Made by a program: the position numbers and the translations under genes. Shown one piece after another: positions 48,491 to 63,555 of a stretch of DNA of 64,000 bases. Source of the DNA: Blastocladiella emersonii ATCC 22665 (lineage: Eukaryota; Fungi; Blastocladiomycota); the NCBI GenBank assembly GCA_025594325.1, contig JANHCV010000004.1:186001-250000 (forward strand), given 5' to 3'. Below the pieces are notes generated by a model, which was not told the DNA's origin, did no database searches, and saw only the letters and a list, made by a program, of their open reading frames with translations. The first letter of the stretch is position 1. The number at the start of each line of letters is the position of its first letter.

Positions 48491-49320
48491 TTAGTGCTCA
48501 GCGGCGGGGGCCTTCTCAGCGAAGAAGTTCTGCGAGACAGGGACCTCGGGGACCTCGTCGTCGTCCTTGGGGTCGGAGATGATGACGACGTCGGGGAGCG
48601 CCTTCTTGGGGCCCTTCTGGCCGGTGGGGTCGTGGTCGAGCATGATCTTGACCTTGATGCCGAGGACACCCTGGCGGAGCATGACGTGGCGGACGGCCTG
48701 GTCAATGTAGTCCTTGGCGGGCTGGCCCGAGTGGAGCATGAAGCCGTCGGTGAACTTCATCGACTTGGCGCGAGCGGCACGGAGCTTGCCCGAGATGACA
48801 ACCTCGCAACCCTTGGCGCCGTGGGTCATGACCTGGCGCATGACACCGTAGGCGGCGCGGCGGACGGCCAGACCCTCGAGGAGCTTGTACTTGAGCGACT
48901 CGGCCTGGGCAATGGCGCAGAGTCCGCGCTCGTGGACGCGCTCGGCGTAGAGCTCGACGGCGCCGTCAGCGAAGCCGAAACGCTTCTGGACGAGCGAGGT
49001 GAGCTCGTTGATGCGGCGACCGCGCTGGCCGACGATCGACATGGTCGAGGTGGCGCGGATGATGATCTCGGTGCGGGCGGGGGTCACGCGGACCTCGACG
49101 CCGGCGTAGCCGTCCTCGGACAGCTCGCGCTGCAGGAACTCGTTGAGCTCGGCGTAGAACACACCGTCGGCGACGAACTACGGGGGAATCGCGGCGGATG
49201 GGTGCGCGTGGCAAGGGGTGGCGGCGAGTCAGCATTTTCTGCCTCTTTCCTGACGAAATTTCATGGAGATGCATGGGACGGCGGCGTGCTCACCTTGCGC
49301 TTCTTCGAGATGGTGGCCAT
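48491..49320 (-). CDS. RPS3: 40S ribosomal protein S3 (uS3), 2 exons, 237 aa
   Basis: MATISKKRK (49320-49294), intron 49293-49178, then [15 protein letters not shown]...[20 protein letters not shown]...[10 protein letters not shown]. Confidence 0.98.
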
Positions 49321-49666
49321 GTTGATAATCGTCCTTGAAGCCGGAGAGAGTGAGCAGGCCTAGCGCTGTGCGACCGACAAAAGTGCGGTGGGCGGCTGGT
49401 CGGCGTCGGAGTGGCGTAGTGGCCTGCCCAGCGTCACGTGGCGGCTCGACTTTCGATCGCCCTGCCAATTTTTCACTGCGCGTCGAGGACGACGGCGGCG
49501 GCGACGATGACTCGTCCGAGTTGACCAGCGGCCTGCGGACGTGAGCGTGGGACGAGAGCATGGGTGCAGGGGACGGCGACGATGGGATGGACGACGAAGA
49601 CGAGCGGGCGGGGCTGATGCGGTCCTCGCTCTCCACCCACTCCGCGCAACGAAACGAAACAAGACC

Positions 49667-51238
49667 ATGGCAGCATTCTCGGCCGCGCTGCAGCTGACGG
49701 ACCTCGACGACTTTATCGCGCCCGGCGAGACGTGCATCAAGCCGGTGCCGCTGCCCAAGGCGGCAGCGCCCGCGTCGCACCTCGCCGTGGGCGCCGACGA
49801 GACCGTGTACGAGGTGACCAAGGACGGCGACGCGACGGCGGTCACGGAGACGGCGACCATCTCGCTCAACGACTGCCTGGCGTGCAGCGGGTGCGTGACG
49901 TCGGCCGAGTCGGTGCTGGTCGCGCAGCAGAGCCACCAGCAGGTCCTCGACTTCCTCGCCGCGTCGCCCGACGTGCCCGTCGTCGTGACCGTGTCGCCGC
50001 AGACGATCGCGTCGCTCGCCGCCTCGCACGGGATCGCGCCCGCCGCCGTCGCGCGCAAGGTGACTTGGTTCTGCCAGACGTACCTGCGCGCCGCGCGCGT
50101 CCTCGACGCCGCCTTCTTCCGCGACATCTCTCTGGTCGAGGCGGCTAACGAGTTTGTCGAGCGGTACCGCGAGCACACGGCGCGGCACCCGCCCGTGGTC
50201 GAGACCGCGGCGCCGGACGAAGCGTCCGCAGAAGGAGTAGCAGCGGCGGGCCCGGCCCCACGGCGGCGAGTGCGCGGACGGCGTGCCGCCGCAGCCGACG
50301 AGGGCGTCGACTTTTCGCAGCAGCGACTGCCGATGCTCGCGTCGGCGTGTCCCGGGTGGATCTGCTACGCCGAGAAGACGCAGCCGTTCGTGCTGCCACT
50401 GATCAGCAGCGCCAAGTCGCCGCAGCAGGTGGCGGGGGCCGTGGTGCGGCAGGCGGGCGACCTGGCGCGCGCGTACCACGTGGCTGTGATGCCGTGCTAC
50501 GACAAGAAGCTCGAGGCATCGCGCGCCGACTTCTACAACGACGTGCTGCGGGCGCGCGACGTGGACTGCGTGCTGGCGACCAAGGAGCTCGACGCGCTGT
50601 TCGGGCTGCTGGCGCCGCCCGGCACGCGGCTGGCCGATTTCCCCGAGGCGCCGCTCGACGCGTGGTTCCGGCACGACCCGGCGTCGGGCGAGCTCGTGGG
50701 GGTTCCCGGGTCGGCGTCGGGCGGGTACCTCGAGTACCTGCTCGTGTACGGGGCGCAGCACCTGCTCGGGCTCGACGTGACGGACCCGAGCGTGCGCGCG
50801 GCGGCCGTGACGGTGACGCCGGGCCGCAACGCGGACGTGGTCGAGTACACGGTGCGGCACCCGGAGCGCGGCGACCTGCCGCCGCTCAAGCTCGCGGCCG
50901 TGTACGGGTTCACCAACATCCAGAACGCGCTCCGCCGCGTGCGGTCCGGGGCGGCCACGGCGCCCGCGTACCACTACGTCGAGATCATGGCGTGCCCGTC
51001 CGGGTGCATCAACGGCGGCGGCCAGCTCCCGCCGCCCTCGCACGCGACGCTGCGCCGCGAGTGGGTGGCGCACGTCGAGGCGGCGTACCGGCCGGACGGC
51101 GCGCGGCTCGCGTGGCCGCACGAGAACGCCGAGGCGATGCGCGTGCGCGGCCACGTACCGCGGGACGCCCTCCACACGCAGTACCACGCCGTCGCGGCGC
51201 AGCAGGACGCGGGCGGGCAGGTGAGCGTCAAGTGGTAG
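49667..51238 (+). CDS. NAR1: Cytosolic Fe-S cluster assembly factor NAR1/NARFL (Fe-only hydrogenase-like), 523 aa, intronless
   Basis: LTDLDDFIAPGETCIKP, ISLNDCLACSGCVTSAE, SACPGW, VMPCYDKKLEA and EIMACPSGCINGGGQ. Divergent from RPS3 with about 350 bp between the starts. Confidence 0.95.
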   Translation: MAAFSAALQLTDLDDFIAPGETCIKPVPLPKAAAPASHLAVGADETVYEVTKDGDATAVTETATISLNDCLACSGCVTSAESVLVAQQSHQQVLDFLAASPDVPVVVTVSPQTIASLAASHGIAPAAVARKVTWFCQTYLRAARVLDAAFFRDISLVEAANEFVERYREHTARHPPVVETAAPDEASAEGVAAAGPAPRRRVRGRRAAAADEGVDFSQQRLPMLASACPGWICYAEKTQPFVLPLISSAKSPQQVAGAVVRQAGDLARAYHVAVMPCYDKKLEASRADFYNDVLRARDVDCVLATKELDALFGLLAPPGTRLADFPEAPLDAWFRHDPASGELVGVPGSASGGYLEYLLVYGAQHLLGLDVTDPSVRAAAVTVTPGRNADVVEYTVRHPERGDLPPLKLAAVYGFTNIQNALRRVRSGAATAPAYHYVEIMACPSGCINGGGQLPPPSHATLRREWVAHVEAAYRPDGARLAWPHENAEAMRVRGHVPRDALHTQYHAVAAQQDAGGQVSVKW

Positions 51239-51631
51239 GCACGCATGCTCGAGTAATAAAATAGCACTACTATGAGACGACAAGGGTTGGTGAGTGAGTG
51301 AGCGGTGAAGAAGGGTGAGTGAGGGTCGCGGTCGGGCAGCGAAGGGCAGAGCGGTTGCCGAGGCAGGCGGCAGCCACACGCCCCGGCCGGCGCGCGGCGC
51401 GCTCTCTCTCCCCGCCGCGGCCACGGCCCCCTCCACGGCCACCGCCGCCGCCGCCGTCCACCGTGGCCGCCCTCTGTCTCCGCACGGCCACCGGCACCCA
51501 ACGATCGGCAGCACCACCACAACCGCCGCCGCCGCGCCACGCACACACTTCCATGATATCAACTCCCACGCGTCCGTGGTAAAGAATACCCTGCACTCCC
51601 ACTTGCAAACCACGAGAGAGAGAGCACCGCC

Positions 51632-53355
51632 ATGCCACAGACCTCTGCCGCCGCTGCACTGGCCCGAGTCGCCGCCCTGCACAACTCGCCGCCACCGCGC
51701 CGCCTCGACGGCGTGCCCGCGGTGCCGGTCCTGCTCCCGCCACAGCTGCCGAGCTACGGCGGCGACCCGAGCACTAGCGAGGACGGCGACAGCGGCGTCG
51801 CGCTCCTACCACCACGACCGCTCGGGTCGCCCTCGGCCGCCGCTAGTGCCATCGCGCTCGGGCCCGCGTCCAAGGCCCTGGCCTCGGCCTCGTCCAGTTC
51901 CACCACCCTCGCCGACACCATGGCGGTGGCGGTCGACAGGGCCGAGACGGAGAGCGACACGGGCTCCGAGTCGGCGCTCTCGAGCATCGACAGCGACGAC
52001 GAGCGGTTCCTGCCGATCCGCCTGCGTACGGCCCCGCTCGCCCGGCTCCCGCACGCGCGCGCCGCCGTACTCACTCCCATCTCACCCGTAGCGACCCCGC
52101 CGCGCCCCGCGAAACCGCCGCCGGCCGGCCTCGCCACGGGCACCACGCGCCACCGCGCGTCCGCCGTGCCGCGCCGCGTGCTCACGTCCGCGCCCGCGTC
52201 CGTGGCGTCGACCCCGACGACCTCGCGCCCCGCATCGCCCGCGCCGTCCGCCCAGCCCATGCATCCGCCGCTGCGCGTTCGATTGCGCCTTCGCATGTAC
52301 GGGCACGACGTGCTTCGCTCGCGCGCCGCGCGTCGTCCGCGTGGGAGACACGCGTGAGCGCGCGTGCGTGGGGAACTCTGCCTTCTCACCGTCGCTGTTG
52401 CTGTGTAGCCCGCCGCCGGCCGCTGTATCGAGCGTACCGTCGCTCCTATCACCGCTCCTCACTTCGCCCGTGACGGCCGTGGCGTCAGCGCCCGCGCGCT
52501 ACTTTGACCCGCTCATCGGCACCGTGTCCAACGGGACCGACTCGGACTCGCTGTCCGACGCCGCAGACAGCAGCGAGAGTGAGAGCGAGTCTAGCTCCTC
52601 GTCCAGCAGCAGCGAGGACGAGGGCGCGGGCGGTCCGTCGCGCACGAGCTACTCGGGCCAGGTCTCGTCCGTCACCTCGTCGAGCTCCAACTCGGACGAC
52701 GATGATGGCGACGAGTACCAGGACCGCCCCGGGTCCGCCAAACGACCGCGACTCAACCCCGCTGCCGCTTCTGCTACTACGCCCACTTCGGTAGCGCCGG
52801 CTGCTGCTGCGAGGACGAGCTCGGTAGCCACCCGCCGCGGCACACGGGTCGCAGCCACGGCAGCAGCTGCTGCAGTAGCAGCCCGCCGCGGATCCGCATC
52901 GAGCACGTCGGCAAGGACGCCGAGGCGCGACGGGTCGTCCCCGCTCGCCCCACCGCCACGAGCAGCAGCAGCGGCAGCCGCAGCCGGTCTGGCGAGCGGA
53001 ACGGGCTCGACACGGCCACGACGACTCGCCGCCACGGCACCCGCGTCCGCCGGCCGACCCGCCAAGCGCGGCATGGGCGGCCGCCCCAAGTGGCCCGGCG
53101 GCAAGTCGCCTGACGAGATTCTCGAGGACCTGCGATTATCTGATACGTGTTCCTGCGCCCTCTCGCTCGCTCGCTTGAGACTGACGCGACGTCCCGTAGC
53201 TACTCTCCCCCTGGGACCTCGTCGTCGGCCTCGAACCCCGCGACGTGCATGCCGACCTGGTCGCCCTGCGCCCATCTGTCGGCAAGCCCGGCACGGCCAA
53301 CGGCCCAACGACGGGCCGTGGCGCGCGGAATCAGCGAGGAGGAGGAGGGTCATGA
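51632..53355 (+). CDS. Ser/Pro/Ala-rich, probably disordered hypothetical protein; 3' exon structure uncertain
   Basis: ccgccATG at 51632. Intron 52297-52408 joins ORF 51632 to the frame of ORF 52341. A second intron-like segment at about 53147-53199 has unresolved phase. Confidence 0.6.
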
Positions 53356-53435
53356 GGATCGATCGACTTGTACCACGGAGCGAACGAACGAGAACGGAAA
53401 CGGATACATTTGCACTCGAACATCTCGCCCCTCTC

Positions 53436-56400
53436 TCACTTGACCTCGCTCTCGGACGCCATCAATGGCGAAGTGGACGGAAGCGCGAGGCTCATGGACC
53501 CCGACCCGACGAGCGCCGACGACGACCGCGCGTCCGCCGACACTGAGCCCGTCCTTCCTCCCGTCATCGCCACCGCGGTCGGGCTTGGAGCTAGGTTGAC
53601 CGACCCGTACGTCGCGACCATGGACGACGGCGACAGCTCAAAGTTGCTGAGGAACCGCACGTTCTCCATACCCACGGGCCCCGCTGCCGCGTTCTTGCTC
53701 CCGGCCGCATCGCCGCCGCCGCCGAGCTGGCCCGACACCAACGTCCCGGACTCGACGCGCGCGACGGCTGTGATCCACGCCACCCACTGGTCGCGCTCGG
53801 CCGTCGACGGGAACTGGATGAGACACCCGCCGCCGGTGCCCTTGAGCCCGCCCGCGCGGTGCGCGTCGTAGACGCGAAGGCACGCGCCGCTGACCGCCGT
53901 CAGGTCCACTTCGGGCACGTCCGTGGCGACGACCGGCTGCGTCATGGCGATCACGGCCCCGTCGGATGGGCGGACAGGCGCGGCGATCAGGGTGCCCGAC
54001 ACGCCGCACAGCGAGACGCGGTACATGCGCCACGACGCGAAGAGAGCCGTGGCGGAACGCACCGGGTAGCTCGCGGTGATGTGGCGCGGTGGCTACAGTC
54101 AGGACGTCAGCAGCGTGTTGTGAGGTCGGCGGGGAGCGCGAAGGTAGCACGCACCCTTTTGCGGGTCGTGTCAATGTAGCCGAACCTGAGCCCCGTCAGC
54201 GGCGTGGATGCGCCCGGTTCACCTTCGTCAGCCTCGGTCACGGACGCCAGGTCGGCAGCACCCGATCCCTGCGGCACGGGCGGCAGCGGCGGCGTGCGGA
54301 TCCCGCCGCCGCGCCGGAGCGACCGCCACAGCCACGACGAGGTCGCCGGAATCGCGGCCGCCCCTGCAGCGATAGCCGCACGGTGCGCCCGCACCGCGGC
54401 CTCGCGCCTGCGCTGCTTGCGGACCTGGACGACGACGCGGCCAACAAGCGCGTAGAACGTGAACACGATCGCGTACAGGCGCATGCCGAGCTCGACCCAC
54501 GTGGCGTTGAGCGTGGCGGGCCCGAAATCGACGAGCGAGAACGGGACCAGCGTGACGCCGACGAGCGTGACGTTCTGCGCCGCGTAGAAGAGCCACACCG
54601 ACTCGCCGTACGCGTGGCCGACGCGCCGCGTCTTGTACGCGAGGACGAGGACGACCACGAGCAGGACCGCCTCGAGGACTACGAGGCACGCGACCGCCAC
54701 GTAGTGCGCCGTCGCCGTCTTGCCCGCCGACATGCACCGGAACGCGTACGTCGTCGGCGTGGACACGGACTCGGCGCGCAGCGGCGCAGCGATGGACCAC
54801 ACGCCGAGCACCGCGGCCTGCGCAGCGAGCGCCACGCCCAGGCCCTTGAGGAGGTCCAGGTTCGAGATGCGCTTTGCGACACCAACCGCCGCGTTGTCGA
54901 AGATGACCCAGATGCGGTACGCCTTGGCGGCCGAGCTCGCGAGCACGATGTTGGCGCCCGTCACGAACAGGCGCAGCTCGAGCTGGCAGGTCGCGTCGGT
55001 GCGTGGGCCGATGCGCGGGAGGAAGCTGGACACCATGAGTGCGCAGCCGATCGCGATGAGAACGAGGAAGTTGAACGACAGGTTGCGCACGGCGGCGACG
55101 TGGCGGTGCGCAACGAGATCGGCGAGGGCCAGGAACACGATGATCAGGATCACGCAGAGCACGCCGACGAACGCCTGCGTCGACGAGTCGGACCAGTCGG
55201 GGTACAGGCGTGTCGGTACCGGGCGGTCGCGCGGGACGACCGACGTGCCCGAGAAGAAGCGCGGCGGCGATACGGGGTTGAGGGTGAGGTTTGATGACAG
55301 GTGGTAGATCTGGTCAATAGACCCGTTGTAGATGTTGTAAACGGCAAACTCGCTACACGTTTGCACGAGGGTGAGTTCACGATGGCCGCGGTCGGCAAGC
55401 TCGCGTACCCCTTGCGGTTGCCGTTGGCCTCGAACTGCACGCGGCCCGACGCGCCGTCAAAGTCGGAGATGAATGTCGAAAGGTCGAATGAGTAGTTCCT
55501 CGCGATCACGTTGTCGTATCCAACGTTGTTGGCGAGCTACGCAGCGAGCAGTCGTCAGAGCAAGGTCCGTCGTCGTCGCCACGGCCATCGGCTCCGTCCG
55601 TACCTTGACCAGCCCGCGGGCGAGGGCAATCACGCAGTCGTAGTAGAGCATCGAGTACGCGGGCAGCTCCTCGTCCGGATAGATGGCCTGCCACTCGCGA
55701 AACACGCTGGCGCGGAGTGCACCTCCCGGGTCACGCGGGAAGACGAACATGAAGCCCGACGAGGACTCGATGAGCGCGCTCGTCGTCGAATCGCTTCTGC
55801 CGCGCTGGAAGACGTCGCTCCACGCTTCGGGTCCGACCCAGACGTACTCGGGGCTGACGAGACCCGCAGCTCTACACGGACCGCGATAGTGAGTACCTTC
55901 CATGCCGAGGAGTACAGTGAGACGCACTTGGCTGCGATGAGCAGGTCGATGGCCTCGTCGGGCGCGCCGAGCACGACGAAGATCCGGGCGTAGCTCTGGC
56001 GCAAGTCGGCGATGAGTCCGGTGAAATCGACCCCTCGTCGGTCCGTGTCGGGCTCGTACGTGACCTTGGTCACGATGGCAATGTTGTAGTCGGGCGCGTA
56101 GGCCGTAAATGCGCTCGAGACTACACGCTCGCCTCCGTCAGTCCTAGCTCCGCATTGGAGCAGTGCAGAAAACGTACTGCTGCGGCCGTAGCTGTCGAGG
56201 CAGGTAATGGTCGCCACCGTCCGCCATCCCATGGCGTTGATGAAGGCGACCATGGCGCGGCCCTCGAGCGAGTCGTTGGGCACGGTGCGGAAGAAGGTCG
56301 GGAACTCGAGCTTGTCGGCGAGCTCGTCGGACGTTGCTGAGCCGCTGCAAAACCATGTGCCGAAGGTGCGTCCGACCGCGAGCGCCGCGGGGACGGTCGA

Positions 56401-56857
56401 GCGAGACGTCAAGTGGCCGACGATCGCGTTCGCACCAAGGCTGAGCACGGTCTCGGTTGTTGCTCGGACGGAGAGCGACCGGAGAAAGGACGTTGGGCGA
56501 AAGACCATCGAGAACGTGTACTGCGGGTCGATCGAGTCGAGCAACTGGCTCGAGTTGGCCTCGAGGATCCGCATGATCTGCGTCAGCCCGCTAACGAGGT
56601 TGGTCGAATCTAGTAACGTGCATGTGAGTAGGCCGTTCCTCGTCGCGTCGCGCAGGGTACCCACCCTCAAGCGAGCTTGGTAGATTTACGCCTATTCGGA
56701 ACGGCTTCCGCGTCGCCGTGGCCACTGCCGTAGTTTCGGACACGGAAGCAACGAGATCGGCCATGCTCGCCATCGTCAAGCAGACGATGACCACGGGCAA
56801 CGCGGCCACCCATCGTCGCCGTGCACCTCGCATCGATTGCCGGAAGTCTGCGCCCAT
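53436..56857 (-). CDS. Class C (glutamate/GABA-B-type) GPCR: Venus-flytrap ectodomain + 7TM + C-terminal PH-like domain, about 7 exons
   Basis: Hydrophobic N-terminal segment, FRIGVNLP, AIVGHLTS, SGSATSDELADKLEFPTFFRT, MGWRTVA (type-1 periplasmic-binding fold). The 7TM region has CQLELRLFVTGANIVLASSAAKAYRIWVIFDN (class C K-x-[YW]-R-I motif). Intron 54154-54093 links in frame to the last exon. Confidence 0.88.
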
Positions 56858-57051
56858 TTTCGGCGGTTCATGGTTACATGGTTTCATTTGCAGGGAGTTA
56901 GTCAGGGACAAGACATCGCGTTCTTCATCCGAGGTTCGATGGGCACCAGTTGGCGAGAAGCGAGACGCGTCTCGTTTCAGGCGCGTCACTCACTTGGTCG
57001 GGAGACACGCGGACCTTGTTCGCAAAACTTATCCATGTATACCCGCGGCCC

Positions 57052-59696
<2,645 letters not shown>

Positions 59697-59865
59697 GGTA
59701 GTGCGGTTCATGGAGAGAGAAAGGGGAGAGGGGGCAAGAGGGGAAGGAGACGCTCGTGTCTCCACGGCGCCACGTGACCGGCGGATTCGCGCGACGGCCG
59801 ACCCGCGGCCGACTCGATGGCCCTGCCCTCCCCCGCCCTCGGATCCCTCGCCACCCACGCCCGCG

Positions 59866-62800
59866 ATGGAGCACATGCATCCTGCAATGGAACCGGACGA
59901 GCCACAACCCCAGCCCATGGACGTGGACGTGGACGAGCGGCTATCGCCCGAACCGCCGCCCAGTCCAGGCCCCGGCGACGGCGAGGTCGACGACTACGAC
60001 GTGGATGCCGCGGACGGCCCCGAGGCTTTCACGGCTACCGCTGACCCCGTGGCCGAGGTGAGGGAGCGCCTCGGCTTCCAGCTCGACCTCGAGCAGTACC
60101 TGCGCGCCAAGGAGCAGGCGACCATTGAGCGCGAGATCCTGCGCGTCGAGCGGGCCCTGCACATTCTGCGCGATCTCCGCGACCACGGTACGCCCGACCA
60201 CGCTGAGCTGAGAGTACACAAGCTGACGCCCGCTTGGCGCAGACACGTACCAGATCACGCTCCAGTCCTACTCGACCTGGTTCGCTTCCGCCCCCGCCGC
60301 CGCGCCCGACGCTGCCCCGGCCGCGCGGCAGCACGGGTCCAAGCGCTCGCTGACCGGCTCGGCCGCCAACAGCCCGTTCGTGCACCCCTCGGGGACACCG
60401 GCTGGCTCGCCAACTCGCTCGCCGTCGGTCCCGCCCCGCCCTGCCTCGTCGCTCTCGGGCAAGACGAGCGAGCTCGGATGGGCGCCCGCCGGTACCACCT
60501 CGTCGACGCGCCGCAAGATCACCGACACGCTGTACGAGCGCAACGCGACCGGCGACTTTGTCAAGTATGTCGGATCGCATGTTCACCTGCGCCCATTCCC
60601 CTCACTCACGCTTCTACCGAACATAGGATCGTGTGCAGCGACTGCCTTCGCTCGAATTTCCCGTCGCTCGGCGCCTTTGTCGAGCACTGCCGTACCAGCC
60701 ACGGCCTGACCGTGCCCGACCCGGACCGCGACCGAGAACGCGCGCAGATCATCGAGACGTTCGGCCAGGTCGTCGACGACTACGAGGTGCCCGCGTCGCA
60801 CCCGCTGCGCCGCGCACCCACGTCCGTCGAGTCGTCGCCCGTCAGCGCGCCGGCCCCCGCCGCTGCGTTGCGCAAGGCCTTCGACCCGCCCTCACTGCCC
60901 GCCCACCTCTTGGCCGCGGGCACCCGCCGCACCGCGTCGCCCGGCTATGCGTCATCGGCCAACAACTCGCGCCCCGGATCGCCCATCCCGCACCCGTTGT
61001 CGCGCGCGCCCAAGGCGCCGTCGCGCGTCCCCGCCTCGGTGACAGCGGCTCAGGCGTCGACTTCGTCGCGGCCTGCATCGCGCGTCGGGTCCCCGCTGCC
61101 CGATTTCGCGGCCAACTCGACCCCTCGGCTACCTTCTGCTGCCGCTGCCGGATCGTCTCGCGGCGCTGCGGCAGCAGCTGCGTCTTCGGCCTCCGGCTCG
61201 GCAAAACCCAGTCCGCACATCCCACAACGGTCCGCTGCGCCCTCGCCCGCACCAGCGGTCGCCGTGTCCGCAGCAGCATCACCCGCCCTCGGCTCGATTG
61301 CCGCCGCCGCCGGCTCCGAGGACACGTCGCGGTTCCACCTGCGCCGGCGGATCAAGATCGGCAACGTGTCCAAGTCGCTGTCGGCGCGGGAGCGGCGCGA
61401 CGCCAAGCTCGGGCCCGAGACGCACAAGTGGATGGCGTACGTGGACGTGCCGCGGGACCCGACGCTCGACGCCGCGCTGGCCGCGAGCGGTGCCGGCACT
61501 GGCGGCGCCAGCTCGTTCATCACGCGCGTCCGGTTCATCCTCCACGAGACGTTTGCGCCCAACCACATTGTCGAGATCCGCCAGCCGCCGTTCCACCTCA
61601 CGCGATACGGGTACGGCGACTTTGAGATCAACCTCCAGATCTACTTTGTCGACCCTGCCAAGAACCGGACTGAGAACCGCAAGTTTGTCCTCACGGTACG
61701 CATTCGCCTCGCTCGCACTCTCGAGTATTCGCTAACTGCGTCGACATCGCATAGCTCGACAAGAAGTGCACCGGCCAGCAGGTCCGCGGGTTCGAGGACC
61801 AGTTCTTCATCGAGCTGGCCAAGGACACGGACTTTTCGATCCGCGACATGCCGGCCGCCGACGACGAGGACGAGGACGACGAGGACGACTCGGCCAGCCG
61901 CGCCAGCAGCGCCCTCGTCTCGGGCCTCCCGCACATCAATCACAGCAACTACGACTCGGACGCGAGCAGCGCATCACGGTCTCGCTCACGCGCCGCGTCG
62001 CCACCGGCTGCTTCGTCCTCGGGCCTCTCCAACGTGAAGCGCAGCGCAACCACCCGCGCCGGGTCCGGGTCCGGCTTCAGCTCGCGGGCCACCTCGCCCA
62101 CCTCCGCAGGCCCCGACGCGAAACGGCGGCGGCGCGAGGCCCTACGCGCCGCGGATCCCGTCAGCGCGCAGTGGACGATCCACGTGCACGCGGACGTCGA
62201 GAGCATCCTGGACTCGGCGGCCGCGAGCTTCCCGCTGGTCCGCACGTCGCGCGCGTCCGCGGCGGGGCTCGACCTCGAGTACGCGCAGGCCAAGTCGTCG
62301 CGCGAGTTCCTGCGGTGGTCGGCGGTCCGCCGCAAGGCCGTCGAGTGGCTGCGCGCGCGGCACATGGCGCGCATGTGCGCCGAGCTGACGTTCGGGTCCG
62401 ACTCGGCCGCGAAGCGCCTGCGCCGCGCGAACATGACGACCAAGCGGATCGTTGTGTGGTGCCGTGAACGCGGACATACGCCCGGGTACATGGCGCCGCC
62501 GCCGGTGCCATTTGCGCCCTTGGCTACGGCGCCCAACGAGGTCGCGCCGCCCATCTGCTGCTCGCAGTGCGGCGCGGTCGCGGGCCACGGCCGCACCGGC
62601 GCCGAGTGTCCCCACCCGGCCGCGCTGCAGGTCGCCGCCATGCTCCCGCCGTACGCGAGATCAACACCAACGTCTCGACCAAGCGCGGCACCCGGCAGCA
62701 GCAGCAGCAGCAGTACCGACCTTACGGCGGTCCCGTTCGCGCACTACGACCCGCGGCTCGCGCAAACGGTCCAGTCGTGGATCTGGCCGCTCGCGCTACC

Positions 62801-63389
62801 AACGTTCGACGCGGTGCTCAACCCAGAAGTCCTGTCTGCGGCGCGGCGCGGTCCCTCATCGTTTGGGCGGCCCGGCACCAGCCACAGCAGCGGCGGCGCG
62901 AGCTGGGCAACCTCGTCGACGCGCGGCCCGACCTCGTTCGCCGCGTGGGCCGACGCGCAATCGCGGCCCGCGTCGGCGCCGCAAGAGTCCCGCGCAATGG
63001 TCCTGTCCGCAGATCTCGGCCCGCTGCGCTCGTCGTCGTCGCAGCGGCACGGGAGCACGGGGCTCGCGGCGCGGCAGTGGGACGGGACCGTGGACCGGCC
63101 GAGGGAGCGCGTGCTCGGGTTGCTGGGCGCGTGTGTCCGCGCGCTGGTCCAGCGGGTCGTCGACGGCGCGACGCAGGTGGCCGCGGCGCAGAAGGGCGGT
63201 GGTGGCGCAGCGCCGCAGGCTGCGGTAGGAGGGGCGTTCCTCGTCCCGGAACACGTCCTGGCCGCGGTCGCGCGCGACCCGATGCTCAACACCTGGCTCG
63301 CGCCGCTGACGACGGACGTGGTCGAGAAGGCGCGCGCCGAAGAGGAACCCATGGACACTGGCGTCGAGGGGCAGCAGGAGGACGGCTGA
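59866..63389 (+). CDS. YEATS2: YEATS2/Ahc1-like chromatin protein: N-terminal coiled coil, Ahc1-type C2H2 finger, YEATS domain, C-terminal histone-fold-like region; 4 exons
   Basis: Exons about 59866-60187, 60243-60564, 60627-61695 and 61755-63389. Motifs QLDLEQYLRAKE...LR, CSDCLRSNFPSLGAFVEHCRTSH, RIKIGNVSK...THKWMAYV...LHETFAPNH...PPFHLTRYGYGDF...LDKKCTGQQVRG, and LVPEHVLAAV. Confidence 0.8.
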
Positions 63390-63555
63390 GCAAGCGAGTG
63401 ATATATATCCCAACCCGTTGCACTTGCACACTGTTGATCGAGTACGGCGAAGCATGAGGTGATGGTGGCAAGCAGGCAGGCGCGCGAGGGCGGCCGAGAT
63501 GCATGTATTGAGGTCGAGGGAGGGGCAGGACGACAACAACTCACAAGCGAGCAAT

